DNA of 64,000 bases from positions 7,906 through 71,905 of the forward strand of contig CAWADD010000002.1 of NCBI GenBank assembly GCA_963780585.1, read 5' to 3'. The notes under the pieces are model-generated. The model was not told the origin of the DNA, did no database searches, and was given only the letters and a program-made list of their open reading frames with translations. The first letter of the stretch is position 1, and every line of letters starts with the position of its first letter. The stretch comes from an uncultured Actinomycetes bacterium (lineage in GTDB: Bacteria > Actinomycetota > Thermoleophilia > Solirubrobacterales > Solirubrobacteraceae). The translations under genes were made by a program, and so were the position numbers. Positions 36,659 through 44,993 of the stretch are shown here, piece by piece.

Positions 36659-38155
36659 TCAGTGCTTCGGAAACAGCTGCTCGAGCTTGTCGATCGCGCC
36701 CAGGCCGCCGGCCTGCATGCGCGCGCCGTCGAGCTCGAGCGACGGTGCCCCGAGCGCGCCGAGCAGCTTGTCCGCGCTGTCGGGCATCCATGGATGCAGG
36801 ACGACCGCGACGACGCGCAGGCCCTCGGCCAGCGACGCCAGCACGCCGTCGAGCTCGCCGGCCTGCTCGGGGTCCTTCGCCAGCGTCCACGGCGCCTGCT
36901 CCTCGACGTAGCGGTTGAGCCGCCGCACGCGCGACCAGATCGCCTCGCCGGCCGCCGTCAGCTCGGCGCGGTCCAGCAGCGCGCAGACCTCGCCGTTGAC
37001 GCCGTCGACCTCGGCGACGAGTGCGGCGTCGAGCGGCGCGTCCGGCACGACGCCGTCGCGGTAGCGGTGGACCATCGCGATCGTCCGGCTGGCGAGGTTG
37101 CCGAGGTCGTTGGCGAGCTCGGACTCGTAGCGCGCGCGAAAGCCCTCCAGCGAGACCGATCCGTCGTGGCCGAACGAGACCTCGCGCATGAGGTAGAAGC
37201 GCAGTGCGTCGGTGCCGTACTCGTCCATGATCGCGAACGGGTCGATCGCGTTGCCCGCCGACTTGCCCATCTTGTCCTTGCCGATCAGCAGGAAGCCGTG
37301 CACGAAGACGTGCGCGGGCAGCGGCAGGCCGGCGGCCATCAGCATCGCCGGCCAGAAGACCGTGTGGAACTTCAGGATGTCCTTGCCGATCAGGTGGTAC
37401 GTCGCCGGCCAGAAGCGGTCGGTGAGGTCGTCCCCGTCGCGCGCGTAGGACAGCGCCGTGTAGTAGTTCAGCAGCGCGTCGAACCAGACGTAGAAGACGT
37501 GCTTTTCGTCCCACGGCACGGGCACGCCCCAGCTGAACGTCGAGCGGCTCAGCGAGACGTCCTGCAGGCCGGACTCGATGAACGAGCGCGCCTCGTTGTA
37601 GCGATGGCGCGGCATCACGAAGTCCGGCTGCTCGTCGAGCAGCTCGAGCAGGTCGTCCTGGAAGGCCGACAGCGCAAAGAAGTAGTTGTCCTCCTTCTCC
37701 CTGATCAGCGGCGTCTTGTGGATCAGGCAGGTGTTGTCGGGTCCGACCTCGGCGTCGGTCTTGAAGTCCGCGCAGCGCGGGCAGTACCAGCCCTCGTAGA
37801 CGCCCTCGTAGACGTGGCCGTTGTCGCGGATGCGGCCGAGGATCTCCTGCACCTTGGCCATGTGCTCGGAGTCGCTCGTGCGGATGAAGAAGTCGTTGGA
37901 GACGTTCAGCCGCGGCATCAGGTCGACGAAGCGGGGCGCGTTGCGGTCGACGAGCTCCTGCGGCGTCAGGCCTTCGCGCTCGGCCGCGAGCGCGACGGGC
38001 TCACCGTGCTCGTCGGTCCCGGTGAGAAAGAAGACGTCCTCCCCGCGCTGGCGCATGTGGCGCGCCATCACGTCGGCCGCGATCGTCGAGTACGCGTGCC
38101 CCAGATGCGGCGCCGCGTTGACGTAGTAGATCGGCGTCGTCACGTAGAAGGCCAT
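36659..38155 (-). CDS. metG: methionine--tRNA ligase (short form)
   Basis: FYVTTPIYYVNAAPHLGHAYSTI (HIGH-type motif) and KMGKSAGN (KMSKS-type motif). Confidence 0.96.
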   Translation of the reverse strand: MAFYVTTPIYYVNAAPHLGHAYSTIAADVMARHMRQRGEDVFFLTGTDEHGEPVALAAEREGLTPQELVDRNAPRFVDLMPRLNVSNDFFIRTSDSEHMAKVQEILGRIRDNGHVYEGVYEGWYCPRCADFKTDAEVGPDNTCLIHKTPLIREKEDNYFFALSAFQDDLLELLDEQPDFVMPRHRYNEARSFIESGLQDVSLSRSTFSWGVPVPWDEKHVFYVWFDALLNYYTALSYARDGDDLTDRFWPATYHLIGKDILKFHTVFWPAMLMAAGLPLPAHVFVHGFLLIGKDKMGKSAGNAIDPFAIMDEYGTDALRFYLMREVSFGHDGSVSLEGFRARYESELANDLGNLASRTIAMVHRYRDGVVPDAPLDAALVAEVDGVNGEVCALLDRAELTAAGEAIWSRVRRLNRYVEEQAPWTLAKDPEQAGELDGVLASLAEGLRVVAVVLHPWMPDSADKLLGALGAPSLELDGARMQAGGLGAIDKLEQLFPKH

Positions 38156-38211
38156 CGATCCCGCAGGCTAGTCGGTCGTCGGCGCGTGGCGAGAGCGCAG
38201 GAGCGACCGAC

Positions 38212-38832
38212 TCAGGCCCGCGGTCGCGCGTCGACGCGCTCGATCCATGCCGTCAGCCGCGGATGGTCGCCGCCGAGCCGCTGGTAGCCGTCGAGCACGC
38301 GATGAAAGAGCTCGTCGTCGGCGGGATCGCGCCAGAGGGCGTACTTCAGGAACGGATAGACGGCGCAGTCGGCCGCCGAGAACGCATCGCCGAGCAGGTG
38401 ATCGCGGCCCGCGAGCATCGCCTCGAAGCGGTCCAGCGCCGCCGCCATCTCGGTCGCCAGCGCGTCGATCCGGGCGACGTCGGGCGTCGCGCGCGCGATC
38501 TCGGCCTCGATCGCGTTCGGCGCGACCTTCCAGACGTCGTTGAACCAGTCGACGAAGTGCAGCGCCCTGGCGCGGCCCGCGGCGTCGGCGGGATAGAGCG
38601 GCGGAAATCGGTGGCGCTCCTCGAGCACGCGGATGATCTGCATCGAGTCGTGGACGACCGCGCCGTCGTCGAACTCGAGCACCGGGACGAGCGGCTGGCC
38701 GCTGACGCGCTCGACGGCCGAGCGGTCGGCATAGTCGATCCAGACGGACTCGACCTCGAGCTGCTTGTGCGCCAGGGCGAGCGCGACGCGCTCGACGTTC
38801 GTCGAGAACGGCGCCCGGTACAGGCGCATCAC
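38212..38832 (-). CDS. glutathione S-transferase family protein
   Basis: Thioredoxin-like N-domain (RLYRAPFSTNVERVALALAHK...VPVLEFDDGAVVHDSMQIIRVLE) plus a helical C-domain. Confidence 0.8.
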   Translation of the reverse strand: MMRLYRAPFSTNVERVALALAHKQLEVESVWIDYADRSAVERVSGQPLVPVLEFDDGAVVHDSMQIIRVLEERHRFPPLYPADAAGRARALHFVDWFNDVWKVAPNAIEAEIARATPDVARIDALATEMAAALDRFEAMLAGRDHLLGDAFSAADCAVYPFLKYALWRDPADDELFHRVLDGYQRLGGDHPRLTAWIERVDARPRA

Positions 38833-39668
38833 GCCGCGTCGTCCTCCATCAGCGCGCGGTACAGCGCGTTGGCCTTCACCCCCGTCAGCGACGCGACCAC
38901 CGAGCTCGCCGCGCGCGGCTTGGCGCCCGCGGCGACGAGCTTGCGCAGCGCCGCCAGCGCCGGCGCCAGCTCGGGCTCGGCCGCCGCCGCCCCGCCGATC
39001 ACGAGCACGACCTCGCCGCGCGGCGGCTTGTCGGCGTAGCGCTCGGCGAGCTCGCCGGCGCTGCCGCGGACGATCTCCTCGTGCACCTTCGTCAGCTCGC
39101 GGCAGACGACGACGGGCCGCTCAGGGTCGCTCGACGCGAGCACCGCGAGCGAGGCGGCGACGCGGTTGGGCGACTCGAACGCGACGACCGTCTCGGGCGT
39201 GCGCAGCAGCGTCGCGAGCTCGCCGCGCTTGCGCGGCAGGTAGCCGACGAAGCGCCACGTATCGGCCGGCAGCGCGCTTGCGACGAGCGCCGACAACGCC
39301 GCGCTCGGGCCCGGCAGCACCTCGACGGCGAGGCCGACCGCGACGCAGGCGCGCACGAGCACGAAGCCCGGGTCGCTGACGAGCGGAGTCCCGGCGTCGG
39401 ACACGAGCGCGACGACGTCGCCCTTGTGCATGCGCTCGACGAGCTGTGTCGAGCGCGGCAGCTCGTTGTGCTCGTGATAGCTGACGAGCTTCGCCGAGAC
39501 GCCGTAGCGCTCGAGCAGCACGCGCGTGCGGCGCGTGTCCTCGCAGGCGACGACGTCGGCCTCGCGCAACGCGCTGAGGACGCGCAGCGTGACGTCCTCG
39601 AGGTTGCCGATCGGCGTCGGGCAGACGATGAGGCGGCCGGTGGTGGTCACTGGTTCCGTCCTTGTCAC
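38829..39668 (-). CDS. rsmI: 16S rRNA (cytidine1402-2'-O)-methyltransferase RsmI
   Basis: GRLIVCPTPIGNLEDVTLRVL..L.EADVVACEDTRRT and SDAGTPLVSDPG. Confidence 0.93.
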   Translation of the reverse strand: MTRTEPVTTTGRLIVCPTPIGNLEDVTLRVLSALREADVVACEDTRRTRVLLERYGVSAKLVSYHEHNELPRSTQLVERMHKGDVVALVSDAGTPLVSDPGFVLVRACVAVGLAVEVLPGPSAALSALVASALPADTWRFVGYLPRKRGELATLLRTPETVVAFESPNRVAASLAVLASSDPERPVVVCRELTKVHEEIVRGSAGELAERYADKPPRGEVVLVIGGAAAAEPELAPALAALRKLVAAGAKPRAASSVVASLTGVKANALYRALMEDDAA

Positions 39669-40642
39669 GAGACCGCGGTTCCGAGCCCGTCGAACGCGAG
39701 CGTCGCTGCTCCGAGCATGCCGGACTCGGCGCCGAAGCGCGCAGGCACGATCCGCACATGCTCCTTCGACGGCGACAGCGCGCGCTCGGCGACGACCGCC
39801 CGCGCGGGCTCGAGCAGCAGCTCGCCCGCCGCGATCACCCCGCCGCCGATGACGACGACCTCGGGGTTGAGCATGTTCACGAGGTTGGCGACGCCGACGC
39901 CGAGCCAGTGGCCGATCACCTGCAGCGCGTCGATCGCGGCGGCGTCGCCGTCGTGCGCGAGCTCGGTCACGAGCGGCCCGCTGATCTCGCGGCCCGCGGC
40001 GAGCGCCTCGCCGAGGCCGGAGAGCGGTCGCTGCAGCGCGATCGCATGCGCCTCGCGCGCCAGCGCCGTGCCCGACGCGACCGCCTCCAGGCAGCCGCGG
40101 TTCGGACAGTTGCCGTTGCAGCGCGGCCCGTCGGCCTGCACGACCATGTGGCCGAGTTCGGCGCCGGCGCCCTGGCTACCGCGCTGCAGGGCGCCGCCGA
40201 CGACGAGCCCGCCGCCGATCCCTGTGCCGATCGTCAGCAGCGCCGCCTCCCGCGTGCCGCGCGCCGCGCCGAAGCGCCACTCCGCGAGCATCGCCGCGTT
40301 CGCGTCGTTGTCGACGAAGACCGGCAGCCCGATGCGCTCGGCGACGAGATCGCGGAACGGCACGTCGACGATCGGCAGGTGCGTCGACATCACGGCGACG
40401 CCGCGCTCGCTGTCGATCAGGCAGGGGATCCCGATGCCGACGGCGTCGACGCTGCCCGACCCGCCCTCGATCGCATCGCGCACTTCCATGACGGCCGAGA
40501 CAACCGTGTCGATCACCGCGGCGTGGTCCGGCGCGCGCGCCGGCCGCGTCGCACGGTGGTGGACGTTCAACGCCGGATCGACCGCGCCGGCCAGGAGCTT
40601 CGTGCCACCGAGGTCGACCCCGATCACACAGCCGGTCGCCAC
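39665..40642 (-). CDS. ROK-family sugar kinase (glucokinase-like)
   Basis: VIGVDLGGTK, the ROK signature region GIGGGLVVGG...GELGH and the cysteine motif CNGNCPNRGCLE. I chose the GTG start at 40642 (MATGCVIGVDLGG). The longer track start would overlap the divergent LCP gene. Confidence 0.85.
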   Translation of the reverse strand: MATGCVIGVDLGGTKLLAGAVDPALNVHHRATRPARAPDHAAVIDTVVSAVMEVRDAIEGGSGSVDAVGIGIPCLIDSERGVAVMSTHLPIVDVPFRDLVAERIGLPVFVDNDANAAMLAEWRFGAARGTREAALLTIGTGIGGGLVVGGALQRGSQGAGAELGHMVVQADGPRCNGNCPNRGCLEAVASGTALAREAHAIALQRPLSGLGEALAAGREISGPLVTELAHDGDAAAIDALQVIGHWLGVGVANLVNMLNPEVVVIGGGVIAAGELLLEPARAVVAERALSPSKEHVRIVPARFGAESGMLGAATLAFDGLGTAVS

Positions 40643-40665
40643 GATCGGCCACCATACAGGGCTGA

Positions 40666-41754
40666 ATGCCGCCACCCGAGGACCCTGACGGCGCTCCGGA
40701 GTACCGCGTCTACCGCTCGCGCAAAACCTGGCTCCCGAAGCGCGGAGGCGGCGATCGCGACGAGCTGACGCGGCTGCGCGGCGACGCGCCACGGCCGTCC
40801 GACCCGGATCGCGAGCCCGCTGGCGGGCGCGGTCGGGGCGGCCGTCGACCGCTGCGGCTGGGACGCATCGTGCGCTGGCTCCTGCTCGCGGCGGTCGGCT
40901 GGATCGCCGTGTCGACCGTCGTGTTCCTCGTCAGCGCGCAGATCCAGCAGGGCAACGTGTCCGACGCCAACCGCCTGCTGGGCGGCTCGGGCTACCCGCT
41001 GTGGTCGCCGACGAACGTCCTCGTGCTCGGCTCCGACGTGCGCAACAGCGCCAACGCCGAGCCGGGCGCGCAGACGAGCGGCAACGGGCGCTCGGACTCG
41101 ATCATGCTGATGCGGATCGGCGGCGGCGCGAACAGCCGCCTGTCGATCGCGCGCGACACGCTCGTCGACATCCCCGGCACCGGGCGCCAGAAGATCAACG
41201 CCGCGTTCTCGATCGGCGGGGCGGCGCTCGCGGTGGAGACCGTCGAGCTGTACACGGGCGTCGACATCAACCACGTGATGATCGTGAGCTTCGAGAACTT
41301 CCCGCAGCTGATCGACGCGATGGGCGGCGTCACGTATCGCGGCGGCTGCGTCGTGTCGCGGATCAACGGGGGCTATGCCCGCGGCGGCTACACGCTGCGC
41401 CTGCGCGCCGGCAAGACGCACATCGACGGCAAGCAGGCGCTGGCGCTCGCGCGGACCCGCAGGAACAGCTGCGCGAAGAACGAGAACGACCTGACGCGCG
41501 CGCGGCGCCAGCAGAAGATCGTCGTCGCGATGAAGCGCCGCCTGCTGTCGCCGATGGCGTTCATTCGGCTGCCGCTGATCTCCTGGAACGTGCCGAAGGC
41601 GCTGCGCTCGGACATGAGCGGACCGACGCTGCTCGGCCTCTTCGGCGCGCTCGCGACCGCCGGCTCGCCGAAGACGGACCTGCTCGGCACGGTCTCGGGC
41701 ACCGTGCCCGAGGACGTCAAACGGGCGAAGGTGCGGCGCTTCGAGGCGGGCTGA
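40666..41754 (+). CDS. LCP (LytR-CpsA-Psr) family cell-envelope phosphotransferase
   Basis: A TM anchor is followed by NVLVLGSD.R.......RSDSIMLMRI......LSIARDTLVDIPG.G..KIN.A...GG and AL.L.R.R. Confidence 0.88.
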   Translation: MPPPEDPDGAPEYRVYRSRKTWLPKRGGGDRDELTRLRGDAPRPSDPDREPAGGRGRGGRRPLRLGRIVRWLLLAAVGWIAVSTVVFLVSAQIQQGNVSDANRLLGGSGYPLWSPTNVLVLGSDVRNSANAEPGAQTSGNGRSDSIMLMRIGGGANSRLSIARDTLVDIPGTGRQKINAAFSIGGAALAVETVELYTGVDINHVMIVSFENFPQLIDAMGGVTYRGGCVVSRINGGYARGGYTLRLRAGKTHIDGKQALALARTRRNSCAKNENDLTRARRQQKIVVAMKRRLLSPMAFIRLPLISWNVPKALRSDMSGPTLLGLFGALATAGSPKTDLLGTVSGTVPEDVKRAKVRRFEAG

Positions 41755-41776
41755 CGTCGCCGCGCGGGGCGCGCGG

Positions 41777-42157
41777 TCAGCTGTCCGTCGACTTCGAGGC
41801 GGCGGACGACGTCGCCGGCTTGGCCTCGGTCTTCGTCGACTCGGACGTCTTCGCGGACGTGGACTCGCCCGACGACGAGTCGCTCTTGGACTCGCTCTTC
41901 TCGGCCTTCTCGCTCTTCTTCTTCGAGCTGTCGTGAGCGTCCTTCTCCCGCGCGCGCTTCTTCGTGCCGTAGTCGGTGTTGTAGAAGCCCTTGCCCTTGA
42001 AGTGGACGGCGATCGGGTGAAAGACGCGCGTGACCGGTAGGCCGCTCTCGGGATCCTCGGCGAGCGGAGGATCGGTCATCTTCTGCATGATCTCGAAGGT
42101 CGTCCCGTCGGGACGCTTGTATTCGTAGAAGGGCACGAACGGGTCATTATCTAGCAT
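41777..42157 (-). CDS. FmdB-like small protein lacking the zinc-ribbon cysteines, with a Ser/Lys/Glu-rich tail
   Basis: This is the C-terminal part of track ORF 41777..42937: ...VPFYEYKRPDGTTFEIMQKMTDPPLAEDPESGLPVTRVFHPIAVHFKGKGFYNTDY. It is collinear with FmdB (MPxYEYxCxxCGxxFE...CPxCG...VF.G.GFY.TDY), but all four Cys positions are replaced. Start at ATG 42157 or GTG 42136. Confidence 0.6.
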   Translation of the reverse strand: MLDNDPFVPFYEYKRPDGTTFEIMQKMTDPPLAEDPESGLPVTRVFHPIAVHFKGKGFYNTDYGTKKRAREKDAHDSSKKKSEKAEKSESKSDSSSGESTSAKTSESTKTEAKPATSSAASKSTDS

Positions 42158-42166
42158 GGCCCGGCG

Positions 42167-43564
42167 ATGCCCCCGCCGACGCCCGACGTAGCGACGATGG
42201 ACAAGATCGTCGCGCTCTGCAAACGGCGCGGCTTCATCTTCGCCTCCTCGGAGATCTACGGCGGCCTCGGCTCGACGTACGACTACGGCCATTACGGCGT
42301 CCTGCTGAAGACGAACATCAAGAACGAGTGGTGGCGCGCGATGCTCCAGGAGCGCGACGACATCGTCGCGCTGGACTCCGCGATCCTGCAGCACCCGCGC
42401 GTCTGGGAGGCGAGCGGCCACCTCGCCGGCTTCACCGACCCGATGGTCGACTGCCGCGCCTGCAAGAAGCGCTTTCGCGCCGACCACGTCGACCGCGACG
42501 AGATGTGCCCGGCGAAGGCGAGCCTGCCGAAGAGCGAGGACCGCCGCCACGACCTGACCGAGGCGCGCGACTTCAACCTCATGTTCAAGACGTTCGTCGG
42601 CCCGGTCGAGGAGAGCGCGTCGGTCGCCTACCTGCGCCCGGAGACCGCGCAGGGGATCTTCATCAACTTCAAGAACGTCCTGCAGTTCAGCCGCAAGAAG
42701 CCGCCCTTCGGCATCGCCCAGGTCGGCAAGTCGTTTCGCAACGAGATCACGCCCGGCAACTTCGTCTTTCGCACGCGCGAGTTCGAGCAGATGGAGATGG
42801 AGTTCTTCGTCCCGCCCGACGAGGCGCCGCGCTGGTACGCGTTCTGGAAGCAGGCGCGCCACGACTGGTACAGCGAGCTCGGGCTGCGCGAGGACCACCT
42901 GCGTCTGCGCGAGCACGATCCCGACGAGCTGTCGCACTACTCGTCCGGCACCGCCGACGTCGAGTACCTCTTCCCGGCCACCGACTCCGCAAGCTCCGTC
43001 GGCGGCACCCGCTGGTCAGAGCTCGAGGGCGTCGCCAACCGCGGCAACTTCGACCTGACCCAGCACGCGGAGTACTCCGGCGAGAAGCTCGAGTACTTCG
43101 ATCCCCAGACGAAGCAGCGCTACGTCCCGCACGTGATCGAGCCGGCCGCCGGCGCCGACCGCGCGACGCTCGCGTTCCTCGTCGACGCCTACGACGAGGA
43201 CGAGATCGGCGGCGAACAGCGCACGGTGCTCAAGCTGCACCCGCGCCTGGCGCCGGTCAAGGTCGCCGTCCTGCCGCTGGTCCGGAAGGACGGCCAGCCC
43301 GAGGTCGCGCGCGAGATCGTCGCTGCCCTGCGCGGACTGATGCAGACCGAGTACGACGAGGGCGGATCGATCGGCAAGCGCTACCGGCGCCAGGACGAGA
43401 TCGGCACGCCGTGGTGCGTGACGGTCGACCACCAGACGCTCGAGGACCACACCGTCACCGTGCGCGACCGCGACACCCTCGAGCAGCAGCGCTTCGCGAT
43501 CGACGCGCTGCCCGCCGAGCTCGCCGGCCGGCTCGCTGCGCGCTGGCAGTCACCGAAGGTGTAA
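42167..43564 (+). CDS. glyQS: glycine--tRNA ligase (class II, homodimeric type)
   Basis: MDKIVALCKRRGFIFASSEIYGGLGSTYDYGHYG... and RNEITPGNFVFRTREFEQMEMEFF. The start may be the Met at 42197. Confidence 0.96.
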   Translation: MPPPTPDVATMDKIVALCKRRGFIFASSEIYGGLGSTYDYGHYGVLLKTNIKNEWWRAMLQERDDIVALDSAILQHPRVWEASGHLAGFTDPMVDCRACKKRFRADHVDRDEMCPAKASLPKSEDRRHDLTEARDFNLMFKTFVGPVEESASVAYLRPETAQGIFINFKNVLQFSRKKPPFGIAQVGKSFRNEITPGNFVFRTREFEQMEMEFFVPPDEAPRWYAFWKQARHDWYSELGLREDHLRLREHDPDELSHYSSGTADVEYLFPATDSASSVGGTRWSELEGVANRGNFDLTQHAEYSGEKLEYFDPQTKQRYVPHVIEPAAGADRATLAFLVDAYDEDEIGGEQRTVLKLHPRLAPVKVAVLPLVRKDGQPEVAREIVAALRGLMQTEYDEGGSIGKRYRRQDEIGTPWCVTVDHQTLEDHTVTVRDRDTLEQQRFAIDALPAELAGRLAARWQSPKV

Positions 43565-43629
43565 GGCGTTCTGCCGGCGGCGGGCGCCCGGCGATCTGGG
43601 ATAGTGCGCTCATCCGACCGGAGGTCTCG

Positions 43630-44151
43630 ATGCCCTTCCTGCGCATCCTCGCGCTCTCCCTGCTGGTCGCACTTGTGGTCCCCGCCGTCGCCGCCGCTGA
43701 CAGCGCGGACCTCCGGCGCAAGATCAGCGTGGTCGGACAGAGCTCGACGCTCGTCGCCAACGACGCCGCGCGCCTGAACCTCGGCGTCCGGGCCACCCGT
43801 CCCACCGCCAGGACCGCGCTACAGGCCGCGTCCCGCCGGATGCAGGCGGTGATCGGCGCGGCGCGCGCAGCGGGGATCACGGAACCGGATATCCGTACCG
43901 ATGCAATCAGCGTCAGCAGACTCGTCACGCGATTGAAGCGTGGGCGCACGAGGTTCCGCGGCTACCGCGCGACCCAGAGCATCAGCGTCGTGGCGCACGA
44001 CGTCGCCGCGATCGGCGGCCTCGTCGACCGCGCCGTCGCAGCGGGCACTACACAGGTCGCCGGCCCCGAGTTCTTCGTCGCCGACACCGCGCGCTCCTAT
44101 CGCGACGGGCTCGCGCTGGCGTTCGAAGGGCGCGGGGCTGCGCGGCACTGA
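43630..44151 (+). CDS. SIMPL/DUF541-like secreted protein, apparently short at the C-terminus
   Basis: The last 173 codons of artefactual track ORF 42328..44151. A signal peptide (MPFLRILALSLLVALVVPAVAA) is followed by a SIMPL-like pattern (ISVVGQSS..V.ND.A.L.LGV........A.........V......AGI...DI.T..ISV). Confidence 0.6.
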   Translation: MPFLRILALSLLVALVVPAVAAADSADLRRKISVVGQSSTLVANDAARLNLGVRATRPTARTALQAASRRMQAVIGAARAAGITEPDIRTDAISVSRLVTRLKRGRTRFRGYRATQSISVVAHDVAAIGGLVDRAVAAGTTQVAGPEFFVADTARSYRDGLALAFEGRGAARH

Positions 44152-44236
44152 ACGATGCGCTCCTTAACACGTTGCGTACTTGGCCACCGTCTCGCGGCGC
44201 TCGATCCGGCACCCCAAAACGTTCTTGAACGCTCCC

Positions 44237-44263
44237 TTGACGTCATCTGAGTGTGTATAGTAT
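44237..44263 (+). promoter_or_regulatory. candidate sigma-70-type promoter for the RHH/PIN module (possibly a leaderless mRNA)
   Basis: TTGACG (44237-42) and TAGTAT (44258-63) are separated by a 15-nt spacer, or TATAGT by 13 nt. Both spacings are sub-optimal. The ATG at 44268 lies 5 nt after the -10 element. The region is locally AT-richer than its surroundings. Confidence 0.3.
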
Positions 44264-44267
44264 GCGC

Positions 44268-44531
44268 ATGGCGAGGGTGAACATCACCGTGCCCGACGAT
44301 CTGCTCGAGCGCGCACGGGCCGCGAACCTCAACGTGTCGCGGGTCGCGTCCGAAGCGCTGTCCGCGGAGCTTGCCCGGCGCGACAAGATCGCCGCGCTGG
44401 ACGCCTACCTGGGCGAGCTCGAGGCTGCGCTCGGTCCGATCCCGGACGACGAGCAGGTTGCCGCTCGCGCATGGGCGGACGAGCTGCTCGGCGACGCTGC
44501 TCGGACCGCCGGCGCCGACCGCGCGGCGTGA
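44268..44531 (+). CDS. ribbon-helix-helix (CopG-like) type II antitoxin
   Basis: MARVNITVPDDLLERARAANLNVSRVASEAL is a typical RHH N-terminus. Its stop overlaps the toxin GTG (GTGA). Confidence 0.75.
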   Translation: MARVNITVPDDLLERARAANLNVSRVASEALSAELARRDKIAALDAYLGELEAALGPIPDDEQVAARAWADELLGDAARTAGADRAA

Positions 44532-44914
44532 CGCTCGTCCTCGACTCAGGCGGCCTCAGCGCGCTGGCCGGCGAGCGCGCGCGCCTCCAGGAGCTCCGTC
44601 GCCGCGGGTTGTGGCCAGCCCTGGTACCGGCGGTCGTGCTGACCGAAGCGCTGACGGGCGACCATCGCCGTGACTTCCACGCGAACCGGTTGCTGCGGTC
44701 CTGCCAGGTCCGCGAGATCGACGAGACCGATGCCCGCGCGGCGGCCCGCCTGCGCAGCGCGACCGGTCGCGCGGGGACGATCTCGCCGGTCGACGCGATC
44801 GTCGCGGCGGTCGCGGCGGGCCTGCCGGATCCCGTCGTCCTGACCGGCGATCCGCTGGACCTGCGCGCGCTCGCCGAGCACGCGGCAGCGCCGCTACGGA
44901 TCGTCTCGACGTAG
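44528..44914 (+). CDS. PIN-domain (VapC-like) toxin
   Basis: (M)TLVLDSGGLSAL..., acidic residues at the expected positions (D6, E..TD, D near the C-terminus) and IVAAVA...VVLTGDPLD. GTG start at 44528 within track ORF 44471..44914. Confidence 0.75.
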   Translation: MTLVLDSGGLSALAGERARLQELRRRGLWPALVPAVVLTEALTGDHRRDFHANRLLRSCQVREIDETDARAAARLRSATGRAGTISPVDAIVAAVAAGLPDPVVLTGDPLDLRALAEHAAAPLRIVST

Positions 44915-44993
44915 AGCGAGCGGCCATGGGTGCTCGGTGCGGCGCGCCGCGCGGCTCGCGGCCTCGATCACGGTTGCGGTCGCACGGGCCACT

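Noticed and set aside
42328-43629. Upstream part of the 607-aa ORF 42328..44151, and similarly 50538..51707 of ORF 50538..52232
   Set aside because: Both are out-of-frame overlaps of glyQS and the R2-like gene respectively. Only the 3' portions, after their own start codons, look like genuine proteins.
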